Shown: one piece after another, positions 29,404 through 38,155 of the stretch
Position numbering within the stretch: the stretch's first letter is position 1
How the letters are laid out: every line of letters begins with the position of its first letter
Sequence record: OZ335958.1
Origin: a phage
Strand: one strand, 5' to 3'
Length of the DNA stretch: 64,000 nucleotides
Made by a program: the position numbers and the translations under genes
Notes under the pieces: model-generated
What the model was told of the DNA's origin: nothing
The model's input: only the letters and a program-made list of their open reading frames with translations
Databases searched by the model: none

Positions 29404-30417
29404 TCATTTATAATAACTTCGATGGTTTTCAAGATAAATCCTCTCAAGGAAGTCATCCCAGAAACCCATGTCTACTTTTTGCTGCATACCGTTCTTAGAA
29501 GCTTCAATGGAAGCTGCTTCTACTTGATCGACTACATCTTCCAAAAACTCTTGAACAGTTTTAAATGGATGTTTACCCAACTTCACGTCGAGAATAAATG
29601 GAGCATCTTGAAGTGGATAGACTAAGTCACCAGTTTTGTAAATTTCCAATAGTTGGAGTCCACCACGGCAAGCATGACTCAGAGCTTTCCAGTCAATGCC
29701 CTCATTAGCTTCGGCCTTACGAGCGCGTTCGCCGTATTCAGCATCAAGTTTATTCAAAGATTGCTTAAGCTCGATAAGAGAAAGCGTTGTTTGATATTTA
29801 CGACCCAACACGGTGTAGAACGTTTGTGGTCCTGTTTTCTCATGATTATGGAATACCCATTCACAGAATTCGTTCTCTGGAAGACGATGCTTAATATCTT
29901 CAACTTTAGTTCGACGCTGCTTAATGGAACCGTCTTCTTGGTAATCAACCCATTGCTCAGGGATTTGATTAACTACTTTCAATACATCACGTAATGCGGC
30001 CAAACGAGAACCCTTGACACCATATTTAGAAGCTTGCTTGCGAACATATCCTAAATAGGATTTCATGTTAGTCGTATAAAAACGAGAACGATTGTCTTGA
30101 ATAAACTTCCATACATCAGGCAAATCAGATTTAACTACCAGTTCAGGTGGAGTATGGAGCATATCCAATGCTACAGTTTCACCATCTGCTGCTAATTTAA
30201 AGAAATACTTAAGACTGTATAGTTCATGGTCAATATCATCTTTAGTGTTTTTAGATGATGTGTTGTTAGTGTTTTTACTCATATGCTCTTTAACATTTCC
30301 GATAAGAATATCACGAGCAGGAGGAACAAAGATTTCTTTAAAATCTACATCAGATTCTGGAGTAGAAGTTCCATAAAGATGACTACCAAAATAGCTTTTC
30401 ATTACTGTTTTCATCAT
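29404..30417 (-). CDS. nucleotidyltransferase-fold protein (Pol-beta superfamily)
   Basis: N-terminal motif FGSHLYGTSTPESDVDFKEIFV (GS...DxD); 337 aa. Confidence 0.5.
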   Translation of the reverse strand: MMKTVMKSYFGSHLYGTSTPESDVDFKEIFVPPARDILIGNVKEHMSKNTNNTSSKNTKDDIDHELYSLKYFFKLAADGETVALDMLHTPPELVVKSDLPDVWKFIQDNRSRFYTTNMKSYLGYVRKQASKYGVKGSRLAALRDVLKVVNQIPEQWVDYQEDGSIKQRRTKVEDIKHRLPENEFCEWVFHNHEKTGPQTFYTVLGRKYQTTLSLIELKQSLNKLDAEYGERARKAEANEGIDWKALSHACRGGLQLLEIYKTGDLVYPLQDAPFILDVKLGKHPFKTVQEFLEDVVDQVEAASIEASKNGMQQKVDMGFWDDFLERIYLENHRSYYK

Positions 30418-30875
30418 TCAGCCTTATATTCAATAACAGGACATACTTTAGCTTTACGCGCTTTTAAAAATTCGACGATAATAGATTTCTTGGGTTGAAT
30501 AGGAGGTAAACCTTTATACGCCCTATCAATATTTTCTACATGTAAAGCATAATCCTTTTTCCATTTATAATCTTTATATTTTTCATGCAGTTGTGCAGGA
30601 ATAACAAATGAACCAATAATAAGTAAAACAAGCAAAATGGCAAGTATAAATGCTGATGGAATAAGAGTCCATAAACTACCAAAAATAAGCCATTTCTGTA
30701 TGATTTCTGCACAGATAATAGTTAGACCTGCGAGTATAGTACATCCGAAAAAAGAAACGAAAAATGCAGGGATAACAATAGACCAAAAATATGCACAAAG
30801 TGTCTTAGGTCGTTTCCATTCGTCGTTAAACATTTTGAATAATTTATAATGCCAAGAGTTTTCATTAATAATCAT
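30414..30875 (-). CDS. membrane protein
   Basis: 153 aa with 2-3 hydrophobic helices; 4-nt overlap with NTase gene. Confidence 0.45.
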   Translation of the reverse strand: MIINENSWHYKLFKMFNDEWKRPKTLCAYFWSIVIPAFFVSFFGCTILAGLTIICAEIIQKWLIFGSLWTLIPSAFILAILLVLLIIGSFVIPAQLHEKYKDYKWKKDYALHVENIDRAYKGLPPIQPKKSIIVEFLKARKAKVCPVIEYKAE

Positions 30876-30877
30876 AA

Positions 30878-31399
30878 TTATCCTTTCATTGAAGGTGTAA
30901 CAGTTGTTAAATACTTAATCATAGCTTCAGCTTCTGATTTTGATAATGAAATTTCTCCATTATTTTGACGAATAGAAATAAAATCCGGATGACGGTCACC
31001 ACCAGCTTTTAAAACACACATATAAGTATCAGTTTCATCTTCAATATTTGAAATGATTGAAGCAGTTCCACATGAATGTGGTTTTTGATAAACTAATACA
31101 GCTTTTCTTCCACCGTTTGACTGTTCATAAACTTTTAATACATCAAACAAATCACTTCTTTTATCAATAGCTAAGATGTTGTTTTCATCTTCAATGTTAA
31201 ATCCTTCGGATACTTCATAAAGTGTCACCCATAAATCGCCAATATCAATAACAGCGTTCACTTTTCCATGACTTTCAAGAGCATGACAAATTTTCTTGAT
31301 TTCATCATAACTCATTTTAATAATATCATCTCCTTGAATAAGAAAGATGTCATTTTTAAATTCAACACGAATTAAACCGCTTTCACTTGAAATAAACAT
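30878..31399 (-). CDS. hypothetical protein (paralog A)
   Basis: 173 aa; C-terminus LSKSEAEAMIKYLTTVTPSMKG resembles neighbour. Confidence 0.45.
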   Translation of the reverse strand: MFISSESGLIRVEFKNDIFLIQGDDIIKMSYDEIKKICHALESHGKVNAVIDIGDLWVTLYEVSEGFNIEDENNILAIDKRSDLFDVLKVYEQSNGGRKAVLVYQKPHSCGTASIISNIEDETDTYMCVLKAGGDRHPDFISIRQNNGEISLSKSEAEAMIKYLTTVTPSMKG

Positions 31400-31405
31400 A
31401 TTTCC

Positions 31406-31963
31406 TCACTTTGAAATCATAGTTGGAATGACAGAATCAAGATAAGTCTTTAGCGCAATAGCTTCGTCTTTGGTAAATGTGACAATATGTGATCGAAAAT
31501 CATCAATTTGACGAATAGTTAAGACATCTCCATCTTCATAACATTTTGATAAATTTAAAACAGTTTCATCATTTTGATTGCAAGCGTTAGTAATAATAGC
31601 ATTGCAATTTTTGAGCCATTTTAAACTATGTTTTCTTTCATTAGAATAATAAAAATATTTAATCTTATCTATAAAACTATCCCAATGGATAACTGATAAA
31701 CACATTGACTCACTTTTAATATTAAATCCTGGGCATGAAGAATAAAAATGAATTTTGTGCTCATCATTGATGCTTACTATTTTATCAGTATAAGGATATT
31801 CAATTTGGGTTAAATGAATGATTTCACTAGGCGTAAAATATAGCATATCGTCTTCTTGTGTCAAACGATACATATTATTTACTTTTTCTATAGCTAATTC
31901 ACCAAAAAGCGGACTAACTTCTAATACTAATCGTTTCATATTGATTCTCTTCGACTCACTCAC
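31406..31963 (-). CDS. hypothetical protein (paralog B)
   Basis: 185 aa; C-terminus FTKDEAIALKTYLDSVIPTMISK resembles neighbour. Confidence 0.45.
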   Translation of the reverse strand: MSESKRINMKRLVLEVSPLFGELAIEKVNNMYRLTQEDDMLYFTPSEIIHLTQIEYPYTDKIVSINDEHKIHFYSSCPGFNIKSESMCLSVIHWDSFIDKIKYFYYSNERKHSLKWLKNCNAIITNACNQNDETVLNLSKCYEDGDVLTIRQIDDFRSHIVTFTKDEAIALKTYLDSVIPTMISK

Positions 31964-32130
31964 AATTACATACTCCTTTGAATAATATCAATAATGTTGT
32001 TCACCAGATTATAAGTAAACATTGGATAATTATATTGAATCATCACATACACAACAAACAAAACTTTCATTCTCTTCTCCTTGGCAGTTGACAAGATTAC
32101 TATATCATAACCTTGCCAACTTGTAAACCA

Positions 32131-32304
32131 TTAAATGACGTTTTCAATAAAATTCTGAAGCTTTGTGTGAGCATCAACCATGATTTTCATTTCTTCCTTT
32201 GCGAAAGCTGTACCTCTTTCCCTAGCAGAATACTCATAGTCAGAAACTGCGTTAGCATATTCTTCAATTAGCTTCATTAAAAACATCTGCTTTTCAGTTT
32301 TCAT
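32131..32304 (-). CDS. hypothetical small protein (57 aa)
   Basis: ATG at 32304; below track cutoff. Confidence 0.3.
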   Translation of the reverse strand: MKTEKQMFLMKLIEEYANAVSDYEYSARERGTAFAKEEMKIMVDAHTKLQNFIENVI

Positions 32305-32488
32305 TATTCCACCTAATCATTTCAAGATATTGAACTAACTTAGCTTTGGATTTATCCAAATCCTTTTTAGCTGCTTCTATACCATCGTATGAGTATCCTT
32401 CACAATGCTCAACTGCTAATTGATATGAATCTATTTCAACATCACGTGCTAATTTAATAATTTTTTCAAACTGTTCACGTGTTAGCAT
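32294..32488 (-). CDS. hypothetical protein
   Basis: 64-aa ORF. Confidence 0.35.
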   Translation of the reverse strand: MLTREQFEKIIKLARDVEIDSYQLAVEHCEGYSYDGIEAAKKDLDKSKAKLVQYLEMIRWNNEN

Positions 32489-32490
32489 AC

Positions 32491-32730
32491 TTAAACTCTC
32501 GTATTATGATCGATAATTTCATCAAGAAACATATCTAAAGCTTCTACAGCATTATCAACTTTAGCTTCAAATTTTTCAATACCTTTATTTGCAATGCCTG
32601 CCGAAAACCAAGCAAAGTCACTAAGTTCCTCATCTGCTTTGCGAATTAAAGCTACCAATTCTTTAATTTTATCTGCTTGTTCAATTCTAGTCATTATTCC
32701 ACCACATATGAAAGAGAGAATATTGCACAC
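32491..32730 (-). CDS. hypothetical protein
   Basis: 79-aa ORF. Confidence 0.35.
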   Translation of the reverse strand: MCNILSFICGGIMTRIEQADKIKELVALIRKADEELSDFAWFSAGIANKGIEKFEAKVDNAVEALDMFLDEIIDHNTRV

Positions 32731-32882
32731 GCCATATGAGTTGCAGCTTCATCACACATATCATAACGTTTCTTAAGAAGTTCTACAAGTTCTTCACTAG
32801 TAACTTCATCCATGTCGACGAAAAAATCACCATTAATGATGACATAGATATTTCCTTCTTGATTGAGTGCTTCAATTTTCAT
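32694..32882 (-). CDS. hypothetical small acidic protein
   Basis: ATG at 32882 with GAGGAG RBS; track start 32927 lies inside the promoter. Confidence 0.4.
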   Translation of the reverse strand: MKIEALNQEGNIYVIINGDFFVDMDEVTSEELVELLKKRYDMCDEAATHMACAIFSLSYVVE

Positions 32883-32910
32883 GATGTTCTCCTCTTTATC
32901 CGATGGTTGT

Positions 32911-32940
32911 ATAGTATCACAGCTCAAATTGAAAGTAAAC
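32911..32940 (-). promoter_or_regulatory. T4 early-type promoter
   Basis: Minus-strand GTTTAC (32940..32935), 18 bp, TACTAT (32916..32911). Confidence 0.5.
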
Positions 32941-32955
32941 CGGTAAAATGAAAAA

Positions 32956-32973
32956 AGTCTCCCGAAGGAGACT
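32956..32973 (-). other. UUCG-tetraloop RNA hairpin
   Basis: Minus-strand AGUCUCC-UUCG-GGAGACU just downstream of ORF 32978..33364. Confidence 0.45.
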
Positions 32974-32977
32974 AATG

Positions 32978-33364
32978 TTATTCGAGGGAAAGAAGATATT
33001 TACTCTGGTAAAACATCCCAGTGATATCATCTATCGTGCTTTGAATGGCTGGAGGCATTTCTTTATAAATGCTGTTAGATTGATCTAGTATGTGATCAAT
33101 CATTTTAATTGTATCGGTAGGAAGTTTACTGGCGTCTGGAATAGAAGGCGTGTATTTTCTACCAGAATACCCTAAATATTGCTCACCAAATTTATCAATC
33201 AAATCTGGCAATTCAGAGAAAATAAAATCGTATGCTTTGTGTCTAGCATAACTTTTAGTTTCAAAATGTGCAGAATGAAAATAAGCTTGTGCAGCCATTA
33301 ATAAACCTAAGTATTCATCTGCCTTTGAAGGTTTTCCACTTTGTGAAAAGTCGCTGAATTTCAT
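32978..33364 (-). CDS. hypothetical protein (rI.1 position)
   Basis: 128-aa ORF, 4-nt overlap with rI. Confidence 0.45.
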   Translation of the reverse strand: MKFSDFSQSGKPSKADEYLGLLMAAQAYFHSAHFETKSYARHKAYDFIFSELPDLIDKFGEQYLGYSGRKYTPSIPDASKLPTDTIKMIDHILDQSNSIYKEMPPAIQSTIDDITGMFYQSKYLLSLE

Positions 33365-33654
33365 TCAGTCTCCAATTTAATGTTCATAATTCTAGCGTAT
33401 GATTGTGCCATCTCCGCGCCTCGCTCTATACATTCAAAATCGGAAGAGCACGGGTCATTTTTATAAGTCGTTCGCATAAAACTATAGAACTGTTCAGATG
33501 ATTCTACGCTTTTATTTTCAAAAAGCATATAAACGTGTCTAATACCAGATTCCATAAATTTATCAAAATGAGGATCGACATTCGCTTCAATTGGTGGAGA
33601 TAAAGCAAACGCTAATCCTAGCATGGCAAATAGTGCCGTTGCTTTTAAGGCCAT
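33361..33654 (-). CDS. rI: lysis inhibition regulator RI
   Basis: 97 aa, MALKATALFAMLGL signal-anchor, recognised as T4 RI. Confidence 0.85.
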   Translation of the reverse strand: MALKATALFAMLGLAFALSPPIEANVDPHFDKFMESGIRHVYMLFENKSVESSEQFYSFMRTTYKNDPCSSDFECIERGAEMAQSYARIMNIKLETE

Positions 33655-33666
33655 AAAGGCCTCCTA

Positions 33667-33879
33667 TCATTTTTGTCCTGTATTTACTTTATGCCGATGC
33701 ACGGCCTTAACTTTATCAAGGTATTTTTCAAAATTTCGCAATCTAGTATAGTCTGCCGGAGATTGGTTGAGTGATACTTCTCGACGCAAAGCTGAAATGA
33801 TATTTCCAACTTCCCTACGAATTTCATCTAATTGAAGAACAGTAAGATTGCGAAGTTGCTTTTCAGTTAATTGTAGCAT
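33667..33879 (-). CDS. hypothetical protein (rI.-1 position)
   Basis: 70-aa basic ORF. Confidence 0.4.
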
Positions 33880-33921
33880 ATATACCCCTTTAGTTAGATA
33901 AACCTATTTATAACTTTTGCA

Positions 33922-34503
33922 CTAACCGAGCTTTTTAGTTAATTCATTCCAATGTTTTCTACACAAAGAAACATAAATTTCATCACCAATACAGATTTGA
34001 TTACCTTCTTTAACCGGTGTTCCATCTTCCATTAATCGAGCTGTCATAATAGCCTTTTTACCACAATGACAAACTGCCTTTAGTTCAATAAGTTTATCTG
34101 CAATCGCCAAAAGTTCTTTAGAACCTTCAAATAATTTTCCAGCGAAATCAGTCCTTAGTCCATAAGCCATAACAGGAACACTATATGTATCAACAATTCG
34201 GCTTAATTGATGCACCTGTTTAGTTTTTAAAAACTGGGCTTCATCTACAAATACACAATGAATATCTTTTTGTGCTTCAGCCCATTTATAGAACTCAAAA
34301 ATATCCATATCATCCGTAATAATATTCGCTTCCTGCTTAATTCCAATGCGAGAAACGACTTCACAGACAGAATCACGAGTATCAATAGCAGGCTTAAGAA
34401 CTAATACACCCATTCCGCGTTCTTTATAATTATGTGCAGCAGTCAAAAGAGAAGCAGATTTTCCAGCATTCATTGCTGCGTAAGTAAAAATTAAACTCGC
34501 CAT
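33922..34503 (-). CDS. tk: thymidine kinase
   Basis: 193 aa, P-loop AAMNAGKS, C-terminal Zn cysteines; recognised as T4 Tk. Confidence 0.9.
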   Translation of the reverse strand: MASLIFTYAAMNAGKSASLLTAAHNYKERGMGVLVLKPAIDTRDSVCEVVSRIGIKQEANIITDDMDIFEFYKWAEAQKDIHCVFVDEAQFLKTKQVHQLSRIVDTYSVPVMAYGLRTDFAGKLFEGSKELLAIADKLIELKAVCHCGKKAIMTARLMEDGTPVKEGNQICIGDEIYVSLCRKHWNELTKKLG

Positions 34504-34512
34504 ATCACCTTC

Positions 34513-34698
34513 TTAAAGCGTATTCACATAAGCTATTAATTCGTTTTCTTTCTTATCAAACCGATCAGCAAATTCTTCTTGCTGATCGGGAGATAGCGGG
34601 CCGTATTCATCATAAAAGGTGTTTGCTTCTGTATGCTCATCTAGAAGTTCATGGATAAGCTCAAACAATTTATCTTTTTGTTCTTTACTCAGACTCAT
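34513..34698 (-). CDS. hypothetical acidic protein
   Basis: 61-aa ORF. Confidence 0.4.
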   Translation of the reverse strand: MSLSKEQKDKLFELIHELLDEHTEANTFYDEYGPLSPDQQEEFADRFDKKENELIAYVNTL

Positions 34699-34864
34699 AT
34701 ATTAATTTCCAGGAGTTTTAAAATAATTCGCTTTTGCTTAAATATTTCCATAGTTAAATGACCAGTATCTTTTTGACCGATTCCAATGGCAAAACCTTTA
34801 TTGACAGCGAGTTCAATTAAATTATCAAGCTCACGTAACACTTCATATTGTAACTCAAAACTAT

Positions 34865-35077
34865 TCATTTCGGTTTACCTTCTTTAACGAAATCGGGATA
34901 AGGATAAAATCCTGAATAAAATCCTTCACCTTTATGATTGATGCATCCTTTATTAGAACAATAGCACCAATAATCGAAATCACAAGCCATTTCATCATTA
35001 CATAAAGCAAAAACAACTGGCCATTCACACTTTTCGCAGTGGGCATTTTTAAGAATACTTGTTTGGCTCATAACCAT
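34865..35077 (-). CDS. cysteine-rich small protein
   Basis: Track ORF starts at TTG 35092; ATG at 35077; about 10 Cys (CEKCEW..CND..C..CYC..C); 5 prime part lies in duplication copy 1. Confidence 0.45.
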   Translation of the reverse strand: MVMSQTSILKNAHCEKCEWPVVFALCNDEMACDFDYWCYCSNKGCINHKGEGFYSGFYPYPDFVKEGKPK

Positions 35078-35503
35078 GTAACCTTTAAACAATATTCTTC
35101 TACGTGTTGTTTACGACCTTTCTTATCAATAAAGGTATATTCAACGAATGTTCCAATATAGTCTTTATCTACACCATGTGGACTATTAATTGGGCATTTA
35201 GTACGGCAAATGCGTTCCCATTGACGAATAATTTCCACTTTGTTTTTAGTCATTACATAAAGCAAAAACAACTGGCCATTCACACTTTTCGCAGTGGGCA
35301 TTTTTAAGAATACTTGTTTGGCTCATAACCATGTAACCTTTAAACAATATTCTTCTACGTGTTGTTTACGACCTTTCTTATCAATAAAGGTATATTCAAC
35401 GAATGTTCCAATATAGTCTTTATCTACACCATGTGGACTATTAATTGGGCATTTAGTACGGCAAATGCGTTCCCATTGACGAATAATTTCCACTTTGTTT
35501 TTA
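34994..35503. repeat. perfect tandem duplication, 2 x 255 bp
   Basis: 34994..35248 and 35249..35503 are identical on base-by-base reading. Confidence 0.9.
35068..35301 (-). pseudogene. chimeric ORF created by the duplication
   Basis: 77-aa ORF; first 17 aa from the alternate frame of the cysteine-rich gene 5 prime region, remainder identical to residues 12-70 of ORF 35323..35535. Confidence 0.55.
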
Positions 35504-35535
35504 GGATCAAACGGATGCGGGTAATGTACTTTCAT
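35323..35535 (-). CDS. hypothetical protein (intact copy of duplicated gene)
   Basis: 70 aa, MKVHYPHPFDPKNKVEIIRQWERICRTKCPINSPHGVDKDY; ATG start. Confidence 0.5.
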   Translation of the reverse strand: MKVHYPHPFDPKNKVEIIRQWERICRTKCPINSPHGVDKDYIGTFVEYTFIDKKGRKQHVEEYCLKVTWL

Positions 35536-35986
35536 AATCCATCACTATTAAATCAATATCAGGAGTAAACATGTCGATTAATTTAGAAACCTTATCCCAA
35601 TCGCCGCCAGCAATACCGCAACCTATACGTGGAATGTAAATTACTGGTTTAAACAAAAGGGTTTCTGCCTGTAGATTTAATTCTATCATGCAGTTTACTA
35701 AAGCACCATAATCAAGATTAGGACCCGGTTCGTATTGTGTATACAGGTTATAGCATATACCAAATCCCGTAGGGCTATGTTTAAAAACAATAGACATATC
35801 GCCTAATTTATCACGAGAACCGTACTCGGTAGTGGTTTTATCTATTTCTAAAATTTTGGGATAGGCTCTTGCTAATTGACCCGCTACGCCAGAGCCCATT
35901 GTGTGGAAGCAATTGCACCCGTGCGCAATAATATTACCTTGAAGAAATAGGGCGACAATATCGCCCTTGATATATTTTACAATCAT
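35507..35986 (-). CDS. macro-domain protein (ADP-ribose binding/hydrolase family)
   Basis: 159 aa; motifs GDI...QGNIIAHGCNC...GSGVAG...GCGIAGG typical of macro domains. Confidence 0.6.
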   Translation of the reverse strand: MIVKYIKGDIVALFLQGNIIAHGCNCFHTMGSGVAGQLARAYPKILEIDKTTTEYGSRDKLGDMSIVFKHSPTGFGICYNLYTQYEPGPNLDYGALVNCMIELNLQAETLLFKPVIYIPRIGCGIAGGDWDKVSKLIDMFTPDIDLIVMDYESTLPASV

Positions 35987-36330
35987 CTAGTACTCAATCC
36001 TCGATTATAAGAATCTACTAAACGGTCAACCATTGAATGACAAGCGGCTTTATCTTTCTCCTCCGCAACTGAACATTCTAAAGTATTCCACTTTTTAGCA
36101 TATCGTTTTAACAATGTATCATTTTTGTATCTGCTTGATTTATCTCTTTCTCCGTCTTTATATGCATATATTAATTTCTGCGCAAATTCAGCTTGGCATG
36201 CTTTATTTTTCCCACAATAATCCGCGGCAGTACGGTTTACATACTCTCTAATTTCAGTATATGATGTATCTGCTAACGCAGAAGCAGAAAATGAAATTAA
36301 TCCTATACATAAAACCAAAATTTTAGTCAT
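35983..36330 (-). CDS. secreted small protein (vs position)
   Basis: 115 aa with signal peptide MTKILVLCIGLISFSASALA. Confidence 0.45.
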   Translation of the reverse strand: MTKILVLCIGLISFSASALADTSYTEIREYVNRTAADYCGKNKACQAEFAQKLIYAYKDGERDKSSRYKNDTLLKRYAKKWNTLECSVAEEKDKAACHSMVDRLVDSYNRGLSTR

Positions 36331-36868
36331 TTACTATTTCCAAAAGTTTATTATTTTTAAGGTAATTAGCCTTTTCTAGGACTTCAGAAGCATATTTAGA
36401 ACCTGCTTTAACATTCCATCCCGAATTATAAGAGGATATCGCCTTTCTTATATCGCCCTTATGTATATTTAACCAATAAGAAAGTTCAATGTACGCCCAG
36501 GAAGCTGAATTGGACCGTTTATTCAACATTCTTTTTATTTCAGCATCGGTCATATTATAACCAAGTTCCTTAACTCTTGCTCGCATAGTAGGCAAATAAT
36601 TTTGGAACATTCCATAGGCATGATGCTTTGGTTTAGATTTTAAATTAACTCCGGCAGAGCTTTCTTGCCATAAAATAGCAGCCATTATATGACCTAATCC
36701 GCTCTTGTGGATATTTTTGTGTGTTTTATATTTTCCATCCTTAGAAAATTGTTCCCCGAATTGATACGCGTAACGCATGTTATCGAGTTGGACATTACTG
36801 AAAGTATGCTCGGAGCTATGCGCCATCATTGAAATGGCCAATAGACCAGCGAGTAGTGCTTTTCTCAT
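36323..36868 (-). CDS. periplasmic lytic-transglycosylase-like protein
   Basis: 181 aa, signal peptide, SLT-like motifs WQESS, GMFQ, SYNSGW. Confidence 0.5.
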   Translation of the reverse strand: MRKALLAGLLAISMMAHSSEHTFSNVQLDNMRYAYQFGEQFSKDGKYKTHKNIHKSGLGHIMAAILWQESSAGVNLKSKPKHHAYGMFQNYLPTMRARVKELGYNMTDAEIKRMLNKRSNSASWAYIELSYWLNIHKGDIRKAISSYNSGWNVKAGSKYASEVLEKANYLKNNKLLEIVND

Positions 36869-36875
36869 GCTTACC

Positions 36876-37337
36876 TCATTGAGTTTTAATTACTGCTTTA
36901 GAAGCCTTTCCTGGTAAACGACGACTGTTGATAATTGCCATCCTGCATTGAAGCGACGGGTCTTTGAACTTCGCATTAGGTTTACAAACTGTAAATCCAA
37001 GCCAAAGATTTCCATCTGTGATTTCTAAACGTCCAGGACGGTATTCAACCCCATCAATAAAATCCTCATCAATGTCAGGACGCGGAGGCATACTCAGGAA
37101 TTCATTAACTTCTAAAACATGGTCTTTTATTTTGTGGAATAATTCAAAAACATATGTCTCATCAATCTCCCGTTGAATTGCACGATCAAGAAGATGCTGA
37201 GAATATTTTAGATGAAACGATGAGACCCCTGCTGCTTTTGATGCCTCACGAATCTCATTGTTAATTTGACGAAACTCCGACTCAAAGTGACGACGAAGCT
37301 TATTTCGACGGATAAAAACTTCTGTGTTGATAGTCAT
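36876..37337 (-). CDS. regB: site-specific endoribonuclease RegB
   Basis: 153-aa ORF recognised as T4 RegB by length, position and sequence. Confidence 0.8.
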   Translation of the reverse strand: MTINTEVFIRRNKLRRHFESEFRQINNEIREASKAAGVSSFHLKYSQHLLDRAIQREIDETYVFELFHKIKDHVLEVNEFLSMPPRPDIDEDFIDGVEYRPGRLEITDGNLWLGFTVCKPNAKFKDPSLQCRMAIINSRRLPGKASKAVIKTQ

Positions 37338-37364
37338 GTTATTCTCCTCTTAACTGATAGAAAA

Positions 37365-37394
37365 ATTATACCACAGTCAAGAGGAAAAGTAAAC
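37365..37394 (-). promoter_or_regulatory. T4 early-type promoter upstream of regB
   Basis: Minus-strand GTTTAC (37394..37389), 18 bp, TATAAT (37370..37365). Confidence 0.55.
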
Positions 37395-37396
37395 AG

Positions 37397-37717
37397 TTAT
37401 TCTTTAAATCTAATCAATTTATTCATAGACTTTGAAACTTCTGCACGGACCTCATGTAGGTTTTTAAGCTGTTCAAGACGCTGCTCATAGTAAGCAATTT
37501 CATCTTCTTCGAGACAGTCCTGTGAATCTTCTTTAAGATAACGTGCATAGTCCTGGAAAGCTTTACGGACTACTTCTTGGAAGTCATCAAGACTTTGAAT
37601 TTTCTTAGGAGCAACAGATACACGACGAGGGGCAGTATAATACTCATAACCAAACCCTGCGCTTAATTGAGCCATTAATATTTTTCCTCTGGTTGGAACA
37701 CAGCACGACAAGCCCAC
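37397..37717 (-). CDS. hypothetical protein
   Basis: 106-aa ORF. Confidence 0.4.
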   Translation of the reverse strand: MGLSCCVPTRGKILMAQLSAGFGYEYYTAPRRVSVAPKKIQSLDDFQEVVRKAFQDYARYLKEDSQDCLEEDEIAYYEQRLEQLKNLHEVRAEVSKSMNKLIRFKE

Positions 37718-37977
37718 ATACTAGCTTCTTTGAGTTTCGTTTTAGCAATAGTTAACTGATCGAGGCTTTCAGCATAATTCTTTGCGAATTCGTAGTCTTC
37801 ACAATTATCTAGTGCTTCCCAGAATTCATCATATAAAGCGTCAAAGATAAGTCCTAAACGAACTTCAGCGTCTTTGATAGCATTCACTTTATCGATTTTC
37901 TCTTCAGTGTGCGGCTTATAACCTTTAATATCTTCAATCATATTTGACTTCCTCGCCCGTTCCCAAATCATATTCAA
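37675..37977 (-). CDS. hypothetical protein
   Basis: 100-aa acidic ORF. Confidence 0.4.
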   Translation of the reverse strand: MNMIWERARKSNMIEDIKGYKPHTEEKIDKVNAIKDAEVRLGLIFDALYDEFWEALDNCEDYEFAKNYAESLDQLTIAKTKLKEASMWACRAVFQPEEKY

Positions 37978-38155
37978 CTAAACGAATAGGTTCATGAATG
38001 CCATATCCCTGAACAGAAATTTCTGTCGTAGGATAAATTCCACTAATATCACCCATATTCCACGCTTCATTAAATTGCTGTTCGCCTGAATTACTAAACC
38101 ATTCTGCGAAAGCATTTAACACATCTTTAGAACCTTCAATAATTATCTTTGCCAT
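37934..38155 (-). CDS. hypothetical protein
   Basis: 73-aa ORF. Confidence 0.4.
   Translation of the reverse strand: MAKIIIEGSKDVLNAFAEWFSNSGEQQFNEAWNMGDISGIYPTTEISVQGYGIHEPIRLVEYDLGTGEEVKYD

Noticed and set aside
34861-35046. 61-aa ORF (MPTAKSVNGQ...) in the alternate frame of the cysteine-rich gene
   Set aside because: Overlaps almost completely with the cysteine-rich ORF, which has the more protein-like composition. Retained only as the source of the N-terminus of the chimeric ORF.
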